A stretch of DNA of 64,000 nucleotides from Solirubrobacterales bacterium (GTDB lineage Bacteria > Actinomycetota > Thermoleophilia > Solirubrobacterales > Solirubrobacteraceae), in assembly GCA_037915935.1 (NCBI GenBank), contig JBAIYK010000040.1:410-64409 (forward strand), read 5' to 3'. The notes under the pieces are model-generated. The model made no database searches, was not told where the DNA came from, and saw nothing but the letters and a program-made list of their open reading frames with translations. Position 1 is the stretch's first letter. Each line of letters starts with the position of its first letter. Both the position numbers and the translations under genes were made by a program. This document shows positions 31,046 to 40,572 of this stretch, piece after piece.

Positions 31046-32233
31046 TTACGAAGCGGTGGCGGGCGGGACCACGTACCGCCTGAGGTCTACCACACCGGCG
31101 ATCCCTGAATGGCGCCTCGGCCTCACACCGCCCGGCGGGGAGGGCGGATCAGGGTGAACCCGAGCCACCGTGCGAACACCAGTGTCGCCAAGTGACGAGA
31201 GGTCGTCAAGCGACCAGAGGTTGTCATCAGTCCCGAACTGATGCCATTTGACCCCAACGATGATAGGCGTCTCCTCCGCGTACGCCTCAGGCTTTGGGTA
31301 CCGGTCGTCAGGACGTACACCCCCCTCCAACCGCAGCTCCGAAGTGGCGTCACCTTCAGTCGCACGAAGCATCAGCTCAACGGTGCATTCCAACTCCCGG
31401 TAGAACCGTTTCCGCATGACCTCGCGCATGTTGCGCGCGTCGTGGACGTAGACGGCCCATCCGCAGAAATCGATCGGCTCGTCACCGAGTGGAATGATGA
31501 CCTCAGGCTCTCCTCCTGACCGAGGAGGGCCAAGGGCCGGGGATGCGCATCGGATGCCCGCCACTCCAAGGGCTTGTCTGCTGCCTTGAATTGCGACGGC
31601 GAGTGCGAGCGCAGCCTCCATCTCCGGCCGTCGGCGCGAACGTATTAAGGAGACCGCCGCGTCCCATTGGCTCGGGTAGGTTAGCTTCATATTCGTACTC
31701 CCAAGAAAACGCTGTACCGGATTCAATAGCCTCATTTGCTCGGGCACCACTTCATCGCTCGTTGGGTCGAGGGAGTCTCGCGCTTCTGCCAAGCCACAGA
31801 GAGCGGCATTTCGCGCCTGAATCCATGCCTTTTCGGCAGCATCGGGCTCTTGGCTCAATAGCCAGGTGATTCCGAGGTGCCACTCGGCTGAGGCACGCTT
31901 TATGGCGCTCGGCGCACCAACGGAGGCCTCGATAAACTGCTCTCGAGCTCCCCGGACAAGGGCCTCGCGATGCGATCGCTCGCGACACACCGAGAGCGCA
32001 TCCTCAAGCATGCGCAGTCCGGCGCGGAGGTGTTGCTCAAACAGAACAGCATCGACCTTTTCCTCGACGCGCTCGATCATCCTGAGCGTCTGGTCTTGCC
32101 CGACCAGCGCCGCCTGGAGAAGTTGAAGACTGACCGCGGCCCACTCTTCCTCAGACGGCGCTTGGCCCGCGGCGATGGAGGTGAGAATCCTCTGAAAACC
32201 GCTGGTTGCGAGGATCGCCGCAAGTTGGATCAT
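31046..32233 (-). CDS. Hypothetical two-domain protein, 395 aa, no assignable family
   Basis: Clean ORF in a lower-GC segment. The N-terminal half is helical and the C-terminal half is beta-rich (EVIIPLGDEPIDFCGWAVYVHDARNM...IIVGVKWHQFGTDDNLWSLDDL). Confidence 0.55.
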   Translation of the reverse strand: MIQLAAILATSGFQRILTSIAAGQAPSEEEWAAVSLQLLQAALVGQDQTLRMIERVEEKVDAVLFEQHLRAGLRMLEDALSVCRERSHREALVRGAREQFIEASVGAPSAIKRASAEWHLGITWLLSQEPDAAEKAWIQARNAALCGLAEARDSLDPTSDEVVPEQMRLLNPVQRFLGSTNMKLTYPSQWDAAVSLIRSRRRPEMEAALALAVAIQGSRQALGVAGIRCASPALGPPRSGGEPEVIIPLGDEPIDFCGWAVYVHDARNMREVMRKRFYRELECTVELMLRATEGDATSELRLEGGVRPDDRYPKPEAYAEETPIIVGVKWHQFGTDDNLWSLDDLSSLGDTGVRTVARVHPDPPSPPGGVRPRRHSGIAGVVDLRRYVVPPATAS

Positions 32234-32701
32234 ATTTGCGCGCTTGTCTAGCTGTCTGGCGACTTAGAGGCTACCGGAACCAACGATCCTGGCCTGACAA
32301 GGGCGTCAGGCCGACGTGCGGGACAATGCGAGATCGACCCTGGACAGTGTGCTCAGGAAGTGTAGAGCAAGCGTGGTGGCGAGAGTCCCTCCCGCGCCTG
32401 CATCGGACGACCGCCGGTCGTCAGTGAGGCTGGTTGCAATGCTCCCGCACTGGCCTCGGGGCCGACAGCACACGTGACTCGTCGTTGTCCGATGCGAGAG
32501 GTGTCGGATTCGACTCACCTACGCCCGTTTGGCGCCGAACGCTATTTCCTGCCATAGGAAACGATTCCGAATGAAACAACTCGCGTTCGGGGAAAACACG
32601 CCCGACCAGGCTATCTCGTGATAACATCGCGGTGACGCGACGAAGGGGCGCTCGGGGGCGCGAAGTCCTTAGGGCGTCTGTCACGAGAGGAGGGACGGCA
32701 G

Positions 32702-34741
32702 ATGCGCATTCGTGGGACGGTCATGACCGCCACGAGATTGTGGTGGCTGCTGGCGGGAGCGCTGGCGCTGTTCGCGCTCGCCGCCGCACCGGCCGGCTCG
32801 TGGGCGAGCACGCCCACCCCGCCCTTTACGCACTGCCCGGATGTTGGGCTGGACACGCATGGCTGTGACACCTTGATCGTCGTAAATGCGGATCGCACCG
32901 TTGCGGTCCTCAGCGACCCGAGCCAGGGGCCGTACGACGGAGCCGACGACACGCTGATCGGTATCCAAAACGACTCGTCGGCCCCCGTGACGGCGATCAC
33001 CGCCTACGGTCCCTCGGGGCTGTTCGCGTTCGACGGCGACGGGATCTGCAGGGAGGGGTTCTCAGGAGACGGCTATTGCTCCTCGAATCCCCCGCCGGCA
33101 ACCGGATACGAGGGTCCGGGAGTGAGTTTTGTAGTCGATCCCACGACGTCGGCGGACGGTGAAATCGACTTTGAAGGGCCGGGCATTGGCGCGGGTGAGT
33201 CGCGATACTTCTCGCTGGAGGGCGCGGTGACGTCGGCAACATTGACCGTGCGCGTCGGGCACTTCTTGCAACCGGAGTTCAAGTGCCAGAGCGAAGCGCC
33301 CATGACCGCGGTCCCTCCAGTGTCCGCGACGCCGCAGCCGCTTGGCTCTTATGAACCCGAACACGCGTCGACGCGCGCTGGCGGCCTTCCGTGGAGCCCC
33401 TTGCACACGAATGGCAATCAGATCGTCGATGAACGTGGGGAACCCGTTCGCTTGGCTGCGGTGAATTGGTATGGCGCAGAGTCGGCCGACTTCGTGCCGA
33501 TGGGACTTGACAAGCAGCCGGTGGATGCCATCGCGGCGGAGATCCGAGCGATGGGCTTTAACGCCGTGCGCCTGCCGTGGTCTAACGAGCTGGTCGAGTG
33601 CAACCCGCGGGTCGCCCCGAAGCTGGTCAACGCAAACCAGCAACTGGCTAACCAGCCTGCCATGACCGTGTTCGATCGAGTCGTGAACGCGCTGGCGAAG
33701 ACGGGTTTGATGGTGATCTTGGACAACCATTTGACCGACGCCGGTTGGTGCTGCAGCACATCGGACAACAACGACTTGTGGTGGCGCAGTAACGAAGACC
33801 CCGTCGACTTCGAAGCCGGCGAAGCGCATTGGGTGGCCGATTGGACGACGATGGTGCGGCGCTACGAAGACCAGCCGGCCGTGATCGGCGTCGATCTCCG
33901 CAACGAGCCGCGCGGGTCGGCCTATTGGGGCGGGACACGCGACGGGCTGCCCGACGGCGTCGTCGCCGACAGCTCGCAGGCGAACCCCAACACGGGGCAA
34001 GCGTGCCCGGTGCCCGGCTCGGTGGAAGCCTGTGACTGGCGCTGGGCGGCGCAGCGCGAGGGAGACTTCATCGACCAGTTGCGCCCGGGCCAGCTGATAT
34101 TCGTCGAGGGCACGAGCTACGCGACCGACCTCACCGGCGCATACACGTCGCCCGTCGCCCTCGCCGAACCGGACGAGTTGGTGTACTCGCCCCACGTGTA
34201 CAGCAACTCCGATTACTGCAACGCCAACTCGTCCTCGCAGTGCCCGCTTGGCTCCACGTGGGAGGGAGGCGCGAGCGGGGGCAGTCCGCCGCCGTGCAGG
34301 CTCGGCCCCATCGGGTTCCCGTGCACGCCGTTCACCACGTTTGACTTCTTGGCCAACTGGAAGGACGTCGGTCGCGCTTTGGACAGCCAATGGGGTTTCT
34401 TGGCCAAGTCAGGTGACGACACGGGCACGGTGACGCCGGTTTGGCTGGGAGAGTTTGGCACCAGCGCTTGGGTCGGCCCCGACAGGCCCGAGCAGCTCGT
34501 GCCCAATACCGACCAACATCGGTGGTTCGCCAAGCTGGTGAGCTATCTCGAAGAACGCCACTTCGGCTGGTCGTATTGGGCGCTGAACGGCACGATGTCG
34601 GACAGCGGCCCGGTAACCGTGGTCAAGCCCCCTCGTGCATTCGACGCGCCCGAGAGCTACGGCGTGCTGAACGAGCAGTGGGCAATACCGGGCAGCGCCC
34701 AGCACAGCTTGTTGAGCTACCTGGAACCGATCCAGCAGTGA
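32702..34741 (+). CDS. Secreted GH5 glycoside hydrolase (cellulase family) with an unassigned N-terminal Cys-containing module
   Basis: RBS GGAGGG and a signal peptide. GH5 motifs FNAVRLPWSNE, DLRNEPRG (acid/base) and VWLGEFGTS (nucleophile). The N-terminal module (about 32810-33257) is shared with the gene at 36319..38160. Confidence 0.85.
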   Translation: MRIRGTVMTATRLWWLLAGALALFALAAAPAGSWASTPTPPFTHCPDVGLDTHGCDTLIVVNADRTVAVLSDPSQGPYDGADDTLIGIQNDSSAPVTAITAYGPSGLFAFDGDGICREGFSGDGYCSSNPPPATGYEGPGVSFVVDPTTSADGEIDFEGPGIGAGESRYFSLEGAVTSATLTVRVGHFLQPEFKCQSEAPMTAVPPVSATPQPLGSYEPEHASTRAGGLPWSPLHTNGNQIVDERGEPVRLAAVNWYGAESADFVPMGLDKQPVDAIAAEIRAMGFNAVRLPWSNELVECNPRVAPKLVNANQQLANQPAMTVFDRVVNALAKTGLMVILDNHLTDAGWCCSTSDNNDLWWRSNEDPVDFEAGEAHWVADWTTMVRRYEDQPAVIGVDLRNEPRGSAYWGGTRDGLPDGVVADSSQANPNTGQACPVPGSVEACDWRWAAQREGDFIDQLRPGQLIFVEGTSYATDLTGAYTSPVALAEPDELVYSPHVYSNSDYCNANSSSQCPLGSTWEGGASGGSPPPCRLGPIGFPCTPFTTFDFLANWKDVGRALDSQWGFLAKSGDDTGTVTPVWLGEFGTSAWVGPDRPEQLVPNTDQHRWFAKLVSYLEERHFGWSYWALNGTMSDSGPVTVVKPPRAFDAPESYGVLNEQWAIPGSAQHSLLSYLEPIQQ

Positions 34742-34810
34742 AATGGCGGCGGCGAAACGCCCTGCCACCCCGTCAGTCGCTCGCGGCCGCGGCCATCTCA
34801 CCCGCCTAAC

Positions 34811-35370
34811 CCTTCGGTCGCGAAGGCCTTGCAGGATCGTTTCGGGGTCTCAGAGCGCCGTGCCTGCCGCGTGGTCGGCCAGCATCGCTCCACGCAACGC
34901 AAGCCAAGACGGCCGGCAAGCAGCGAGGATCAGCGCCTGGCCGCTCGTTTGCGCCAGATCGCCGGGGAGCACCCCCGCTGGGGCTGGAAGAGAGCCCATC
35001 AGATCCTGCTGCGAGAGGGCTGGAAGGTCAACCACAAGCGCACCCGCCGGATATGGCGCCAGGAGGGCCTGCGACGGCCCGTGAGGACACGCAAGCGCCG
35101 ACGGATAGCCATGGGTCAGAAGCAGCGGCTGCGTGCTGAGCGGCCCGGCCATGTGTGGGCGATCGACTTCATCTTCGATGAGACCAGCAACCGCCGCCGA
35201 CTGAAGATCGCCACCATCGTTGACGAGTTCACCCGCGAGGCGCTGGCGATCAGGGTCGACCGGACGACCACGGCAACCAGTCCGTCGGCGGTGCACGAGG
35301 ACCTCGTCCTCACCCGCGGCGCCCCCGAACACTTGCGGGCAGACAACGGACCCGAGATGATCGCCTGGGC
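34811..35370 (+). mobile_element. IS3-family transposase OrfB fragment (no OrfA, 3-prime truncated)
   Basis: KALQDRFGVSERRACRVVG...NHKRTRRIWRQEGL...VWAIDFIFDET...IVDEFTREALAI...LRADNGPEMIA, then breaks off. No third catalytic residue region. Confidence 0.7.
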
Positions 35371-36220
35371 GCTGCAGGGTCCTGGGCGTGTCGGCGTCCG
35401 CTTACTACCAGCGCGCCACGGGGCAGCGCTCGGCTCGAAGCCTCCAGGACGAGCGGCTTCTGCAGCGCATCAGAGAGGTGCATGAGGCCAACTACTGCGC
35501 TTACGGCTACCGGCGCACCTGGAAGGCCCTGCAGAGGCTCGGAGAGAGCGCTCCACGCTGCCAGGTGCAGCGGCTGATGCGACAGGCCGGCATCCAGGGC
35601 GCCAAGCGTCGCGGGAAGCCGTGGCGGACCACCCAGCCCGACCCGCTCGCGCACCGCCGCCCCGATCTGGTGCAGCGAGACTTCAACGCGCAGCGGCCAA
35701 ACGAGCTGTGGGTCGCCGACTTCTCCTATCTACGCTGCTGGGAGGGCGTCGTGTTCTTCAGCTTCGTGATCGACGTGTTCAGTCGCAAGGTCGTCGGCTG
35801 GCAGTTCGCCAGCCACATGCGCACCACGCTCGTGCTCGACGCGCTGCGAATGGCACTAAGCACTCGCGAGCGAGTGCAGGAGGTCCGGCTGATTCACCAT
35901 TCCGACAGGGGCTCGCAATACGTGTCGGCTGACTACACACAGACTCTCACCGACCATGATGTGCTCGCTTCGGTTGGCAGCACCGGCGATGCCTACGACA
36001 ACTCGATGGCGGAGAGCTTCCTCGACAGCTTCAAGACCGAGCTGATCGCCGATCGCGTCTGGCGCACCCGCTCACAGCTCGAGCTGGCGATCGTTGAGTA
36101 CATCAGCTGGTTCAACAACACGAAAACCTCGACGACCGGCCGCCAGCCGAGATCGAGGACCTCTACGCTGCCAAAGAGCAGACCACGCACACCCACAAGA
36201 TGAAGAGCAAAACCTACTAA
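35371..36220 (+). mobile_element. Second, different IS3-family transposase OrfB fragment (5-prime truncated, C-terminal frameshift)
   Basis: LGVSASAYYQRATG..., DDE residues in LWVADFSY, HHSDRGSQY and DNSMAESF. After WFNN the expected ...ENLDDRPPAEIEDLYAAKEQ continues in another frame, which implies a small deletion near 36115. Confidence 0.8.
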
Positions 36221-36318
36221 CCCGCTCTCCGCCAAACCCGGTCTGGCTCAAGCTGCGAAAGCCGGGTCGCGCCTTGGTTGGCCGCTCCTTTCCGCCGAGA
36301 GCAGAAAACGATCCGGGT

Positions 36319-38160
36319 CTAGTTGTGTGCTACCCATACTGTCTCTGCGTGACCCGAGTCGACACTATTGTCGGTCCACACACTGAATGTCGTCCCATTG
36401 CTGTCCTCCGCGACACCGTTGTAGTCGCCGAACCGGCACGCAAAGGATCCACAGAACGGCGACAGAAACGTCAGCTCGGTTGACGGGCTTGCAGGTGCTT
36501 GCTGTGGGCTAAGCACGCTTGTCGCCGGTCCAGTGGTCCGAGCCAGTTGATACAGCAACCCTGACCCGTTGATCCCCGAGTTCGCGTAGAAGCCGTAGAT
36601 GACCTTCCCGTCAGTTCCCCAGGCCAGCGATGGCTGCGTGGCTGCGCTCTGCACCGTACTCGCCGCGCCCCAGCCACCGCCGGAGTTCACCGTCTGCTGA
36701 ATATTGTCGGCGCCGGCTGGGTTATCCTCCCAGACCGCGATGACGCGACCGTCGCCTGACGGGGATGCCTGGATGTAGACACGCTTGCCCGGATGGAAGA
36801 CCTTGCCGGTGTTCGTGTCACTGCCGCGCTTTGCGCCGAGCGAGGTAACATTGGTGAAGCTGGCTGCACCATTGTCGGAATAGGCGGCAAACGCCTGGTT
36901 GACCGATGGGTCGGGCTGGTTCTTGGACCCGTACGGCGCGCCGTCCCACCACGCTGCCCACACCCTTCCCGATGGTGCTACCGATAGCGTGCACCCCTGA
37001 GGGGTCTGCTGGTGGGTTCCAGCGCTGGCGCTCGATCGGTTGACGATGTACGGCAACGGACCACCAGGAGGAGCGTTGATGCCGAGCTTGGCGACCCGCA
37101 CACCGGTCCCGTCCCCGGCGAAAAATGTATAGCACATGTACACGCTGCCGCCGTTTGGGTCCGCTGCGAGATACTCCTGGTCCGGACTGGCGGCGCCTCT
37201 GCTGCCATGCACAAGAATACTCGATGGGCCGAACGTTAGTCCTTTGGAGCTGTCGGAACCGATGGCGGCGTACACCTGGGAGGCCACGCCGGTGCCGTCA
37301 TCGTCCGCATTGGCCATGCAGCCGAAGAACAGCGTACCGTTCGGCATAAACGCTAGCGACGGATCGCCCGCGCCGCTGACATGTGGCGCGTTCGGCAGTG
37401 CGAGGTCGTTCATCCCCGACCAGTGCAGGCCGCCGTCTGAACTCGTTACATATGAGCAATGCAAAGACTGCGTGCCGGTGACGGCGTTGCGGGTCGCGTG
37501 GTTGAACGCAACGACGATATTGTTCGCGTTGGTAGGGTTGACCGCGACCACAGGCTCGGCTGCTCCTTCACCAACCAACTGGGTGGCTAGCCCTGGGGTC
37601 GGGGAGATATCAAACGGCGGGACCGTCGACAGGGCTTCCTCAAGCGAGAAATATGTGTGGGCGCCAGGAGCCAGGGGCGGGTTGAATGTGACCAAGCCGT
37701 CGGAAGGGCCGCTGACGGTGAACGACACCCCGGGACCGGCGTAGCCGGTCGAGTCGAACGGGCAGCCGCTCACCGTTCCGAACTGGCACAGGCCGTCGCC
37801 GTCAAACGAGAACAGCGCCTTGCCTGTCTGCGAGGACACGGGCAACGACGAGACTGGGGAGGAAGAGTCGTTCTGTACTCCGATGAGCGTGTCCTCAATA
37901 CCATCAAACGGCCCCTGTGTCGGGTCGCCCGCCACCGATGGCGTGCCCGACGGGTCAATGTAAATCAGTAGAGCGCAGCTCGTGTCGGCACCGATGGCCG
38001 GGCACTGCGGAAACGGCGCCACTGGCACCGCTGCGCCCGCGCTCTGCGTTACGGCCCCGACCATCGCGACGCTTAGCGCGACGACCATCACCAGTCTTTG
38101 CAAGCTAACCCCCTTGATTGTATCCCGTACCCTAGTCAGGTAGACAGAACTGTACCGCAT
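36319..38160 (-). CDS. Secreted BNR/Asp-box beta-propeller (sialidase-like) protein carrying the same N-terminal module as the GH5
   Basis: Asp-box-like SSDGGLHWS and YSDNGASF-type repeats. A likely signal peptide appears if translation starts at TTG 38103 (after AAGGGGG). The N-terminal module lies at about 37590-38028. Confidence 0.75.
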   Translation of the reverse strand: MRYSSVYLTRVRDTIKGVSLQRLVMVVALSVAMVGAVTQSAGAAVPVAPFPQCPAIGADTSCALLIYIDPSGTPSVAGDPTQGPFDGIEDTLIGVQNDSSSPVSSLPVSSQTGKALFSFDGDGLCQFGTVSGCPFDSTGYAGPGVSFTVSGPSDGLVTFNPPLAPGAHTYFSLEEALSTVPPFDISPTPGLATQLVGEGAAEPVVAVNPTNANNIVVAFNHATRNAVTGTQSLHCSYVTSSDGGLHWSGMNDLALPNAPHVSGAGDPSLAFMPNGTLFFGCMANADDDGTGVASQVYAAIGSDSSKGLTFGPSSILVHGSRGAASPDQEYLAADPNGGSVYMCYTFFAGDGTGVRVAKLGINAPPGGPLPYIVNRSSASAGTHQQTPQGCTLSVAPSGRVWAAWWDGAPYGSKNQPDPSVNQAFAAYSDNGAASFTNVTSLGAKRGSDTNTGKVFHPGKRVYIQASPSGDGRVIAVWEDNPAGADNIQQTVNSGGGWGAASTVQSAATQPSLAWGTDGKVIYGFYANSGINGSGLLYQLARTTGPATSVLSPQQAPASPSTELTFLSPFCGSFACRFGDYNGVAEDSNGTTFSVWTDNSVDSGHAETVWVAHN

Positions 38161-38617
38161 TCAGAAGTCCGGCGTCGACAGCAACGGGACCGGGCGGCGC
38201 TCTGGCACGGGCCGAGATACGCTTGGGAATCACCGGCAGGCGTCCGAGGGCGCGGTGGGGCCTGTCCTCGCCGGGCAGCGCTCCCCGGGCCGTCGCGCGT
38301 CGCGGGCGTGCCTGCTCTGCGCGAAAGGAGGCGCGCCCGAGTAGCGAGAGAGACGCCTGCTCCGGACGACAAGCAGCGCTACGCCGCCGCTGACCTCGGG
38401 ACATGGGCTGAATCGAGCTGATTGGCGCCCGTCATGAGCCTGCCGATTCGCGCGCGCCAGGAGCGACAGGCACACGCGCCGTCCGTGTGTCCCGAGATAT
38501 CCAGCGCTGGAACCCTCAAACGCCAGGTTCGTCCAGCGTCCGGTCCTCTCCACCGCTTGGCCGCCGCGCTTGCGAGCGAGTGCTGTCGGCCGCGACCTGG
38601 TGGCTAAGCTGCGCGAG

Positions 38618-40531
38618 ATGTCAGAGACTGCGAAGGATCTGGAAGACCGCGAGCTGCAGGAGACCGCCTGGGACCTCGCGCCGCTGCTCGACGGCGAGGA
38701 GGGCGCCGCGGCGGTGAAGGCGCGCCTCGCCGAGGCGCTCGAGCGGGCACAGGGCTTCGCCGAGCGACATGCGGGCAAGCTCTCGCAGCTGGACGGCGCT
38801 GGGCTGGTCGAGGCGATGGAGGAGCTCGCTGCGATCAACGATCTCGCCGGAAGGGCCGGCGGCTATGCGGCGCTGCGCTTCTCCGCCGACACCTCCGACC
38901 CTGACAACGGCGCGCTGTTGCAGCTCGTCCAGGAGCGCGAGACGGAGATCGAGACGACGCTGCTGTTCTTCGAGCTCGAATGGGCGGCGCTGGAGGAGGA
39001 GCGCGCGCAGGAGCTGCTCGCCACCGAGGGCCTCGACTTCTGCGCGCACCACCTGCGGCGGGTGCGCCGCTACCGCGATCACATGCTCTCCGAGCCCGAG
39101 GAGCGGATCCTCGCCGAGAAGGCGCTGACCGGAGCGAGCGCGTGGGGGCGGCTCTTCGAGGAGCTCACCTCCGCGATCGAGGTGGAGCTTCCGGACGCGG
39201 ACGGCGAGACGGTCGCGACCGACGGCGGGGCGACGACGGCGCGCCGAGCGGCCACCGCGACCGATGGCGCACCGGCCGCCGCCGGCGACGCGGCCGCGCC
39301 GGCGCGCGTGCCGCTCGACGTCGCGCTCAGCAGGCTCACCTCGCCCGACCGCGAGCAGCGGCGCGGCGCGGCGGAGGCGGTGACGGCGGCGCTCCAGCCC
39401 GGCCTGCGCACGCGCGCATTCCTGTTCAACACGCTGCTCGCGGACAAGGCGCTCGACGACCGCCTGCGTCGGTATCCGAGCTGGCTTGCGGCGCGCAACC
39501 TCGCAAACGAGGTCGACGATCACGCGGTCGCGGCGCTGATCGAGGCGGTCCGCGGCCGCTACGAGCTCGCGCGCCGCTGGTATCGCCTGAAGGCGAAGCT
39601 GCTTCGCCTCGATCGGCTCGCGGACTACGACCGCATGGCCGCGGTGACGCAGGACGAGGCGATCTTCAGCTACCGCGAGGCGCGCGAGATCGTGCTCGAC
39701 TGCTATGCGTCCTTCTCGCCGCGCCTCGGAGAGGTCGCGCGCGGCTTCTTCGAGGGAGCCTGGATCGACGCCCCGGTGCGGCCGGGCAAGCGGGGAGGGG
39801 CCTTCTGCGCGGCGGCGGTGCCCTCGGTGCACCCCTACGTGCTGCTGAACTACACCGCCCGCCGGCGCGACGTGCTGACGCTCGCGCACGAGCTCGGCCA
39901 CGGCGTGCACTTCGCGCTCGCCGCAGCCCAGGGGCCCTTCCACCAGCACACGCCGTTGACGCTCGCCGAGACCGCGTCGGTCTTCGGCGAGACGCTCGTG
40001 TTCGGCCGCCTGCTCGATCAGGACAGCTCGCCACAGTCGCGGCTCGCGCTGCTCGCCGAGAACATCGAGGGAGCGATCGCGACCGTGTTCAGGCAGGTCG
40101 CGATGAACCGCTTCGAGCACTCGGTTCACACCGAGCGCCGCGAGCAGGGAGAGATATCGGTGCAGCGCTTCGGCGAGCTCTGGGAGCAGAGCCAGGCAGA
40201 GATGCTCGGCGACTCGGTGCAGATCACCGACGGCTACCGCAGCTGGTGGTCCTACATCCCGCACTTCATCGGCACGCCCGGCTACGTCTACGCCTACGCC
40301 TACGGCCAGCTGCTCGCGCTCTCGGTCTACCACCGCTACGAGCAGCTCGGCGAGGAGCTCGTGCCGCGCTACCTGCGGCTGCTGGAAGCGGGCGGCTCCC
40401 GCAGCCCGGAGGAGCTTGGCGAGATCGTCGGCGTCGACCTCGCCGACCCAGGCTTCTGGGACGCCGGCCTCGACCTGCTGCAGCGGCGGCTGGGCGAGGC
40501 CGAAGCGGCCGCGAAGGCGAGCGGGGCCTGA
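38618..40531 (+). CDS. pepF: M3B-family oligoendopeptidase F
   Basis: Inner ATG of ORF 38570..40531. Zinc motif HELGHGVH; length and layout are typical of PepF. Confidence 0.9.
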   Translation: MSETAKDLEDRELQETAWDLAPLLDGEEGAAAVKARLAEALERAQGFAERHAGKLSQLDGAGLVEAMEELAAINDLAGRAGGYAALRFSADTSDPDNGALLQLVQERETEIETTLLFFELEWAALEEERAQELLATEGLDFCAHHLRRVRRYRDHMLSEPEERILAEKALTGASAWGRLFEELTSAIEVELPDADGETVATDGGATTARRAATATDGAPAAAGDAAAPARVPLDVALSRLTSPDREQRRGAAEAVTAALQPGLRTRAFLFNTLLADKALDDRLRRYPSWLAARNLANEVDDHAVAALIEAVRGRYELARRWYRLKAKLLRLDRLADYDRMAAVTQDEAIFSYREAREIVLDCYASFSPRLGEVARGFFEGAWIDAPVRPGKRGGAFCAAAVPSVHPYVLLNYTARRRDVLTLAHELGHGVHFALAAAQGPFHQHTPLTLAETASVFGETLVFGRLLDQDSSPQSRLALLAENIEGAIATVFRQVAMNRFEHSVHTERREQGEISVQRFGELWEQSQAEMLGDSVQITDGYRSWWSYIPHFIGTPGYVYAYAYGQLLALSVYHRYEQLGEELVPRYLRLLEAGGSRSPEELGEIVGVDLADPGFWDAGLDLLQRRLGEAEAAAKASGA

Positions 40532-40572
40532 CCCCGCTCAGATCATGGTCCAACGACGCGATCCTGCGCTCT

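Noticed and set aside
32495-32525. GGTGTCGGATTCGACTCACC as the T-arm of a minus-strand tRNA (possible integration target)
   Set aside because: The stem pairs only as GTCG/CGAC with a 4-nt loop. No acceptor or anticodon arms could be built around it.
38350-38385. CCTGCTCCGGACGACAAGCAGCGC as the SRP (4.5S) RNA domain IV motif
   Set aside because: It lacks the GGAA tetraloop context (CCGGAAGG) and the surrounding symmetric loops. The resemblance is superficial.
38621-40333. 570-aa antisense ORF across pepF
   Set aside because: The composition is typical of antisense shadows. The plus-strand frame carries the HExxH peptidase motif.
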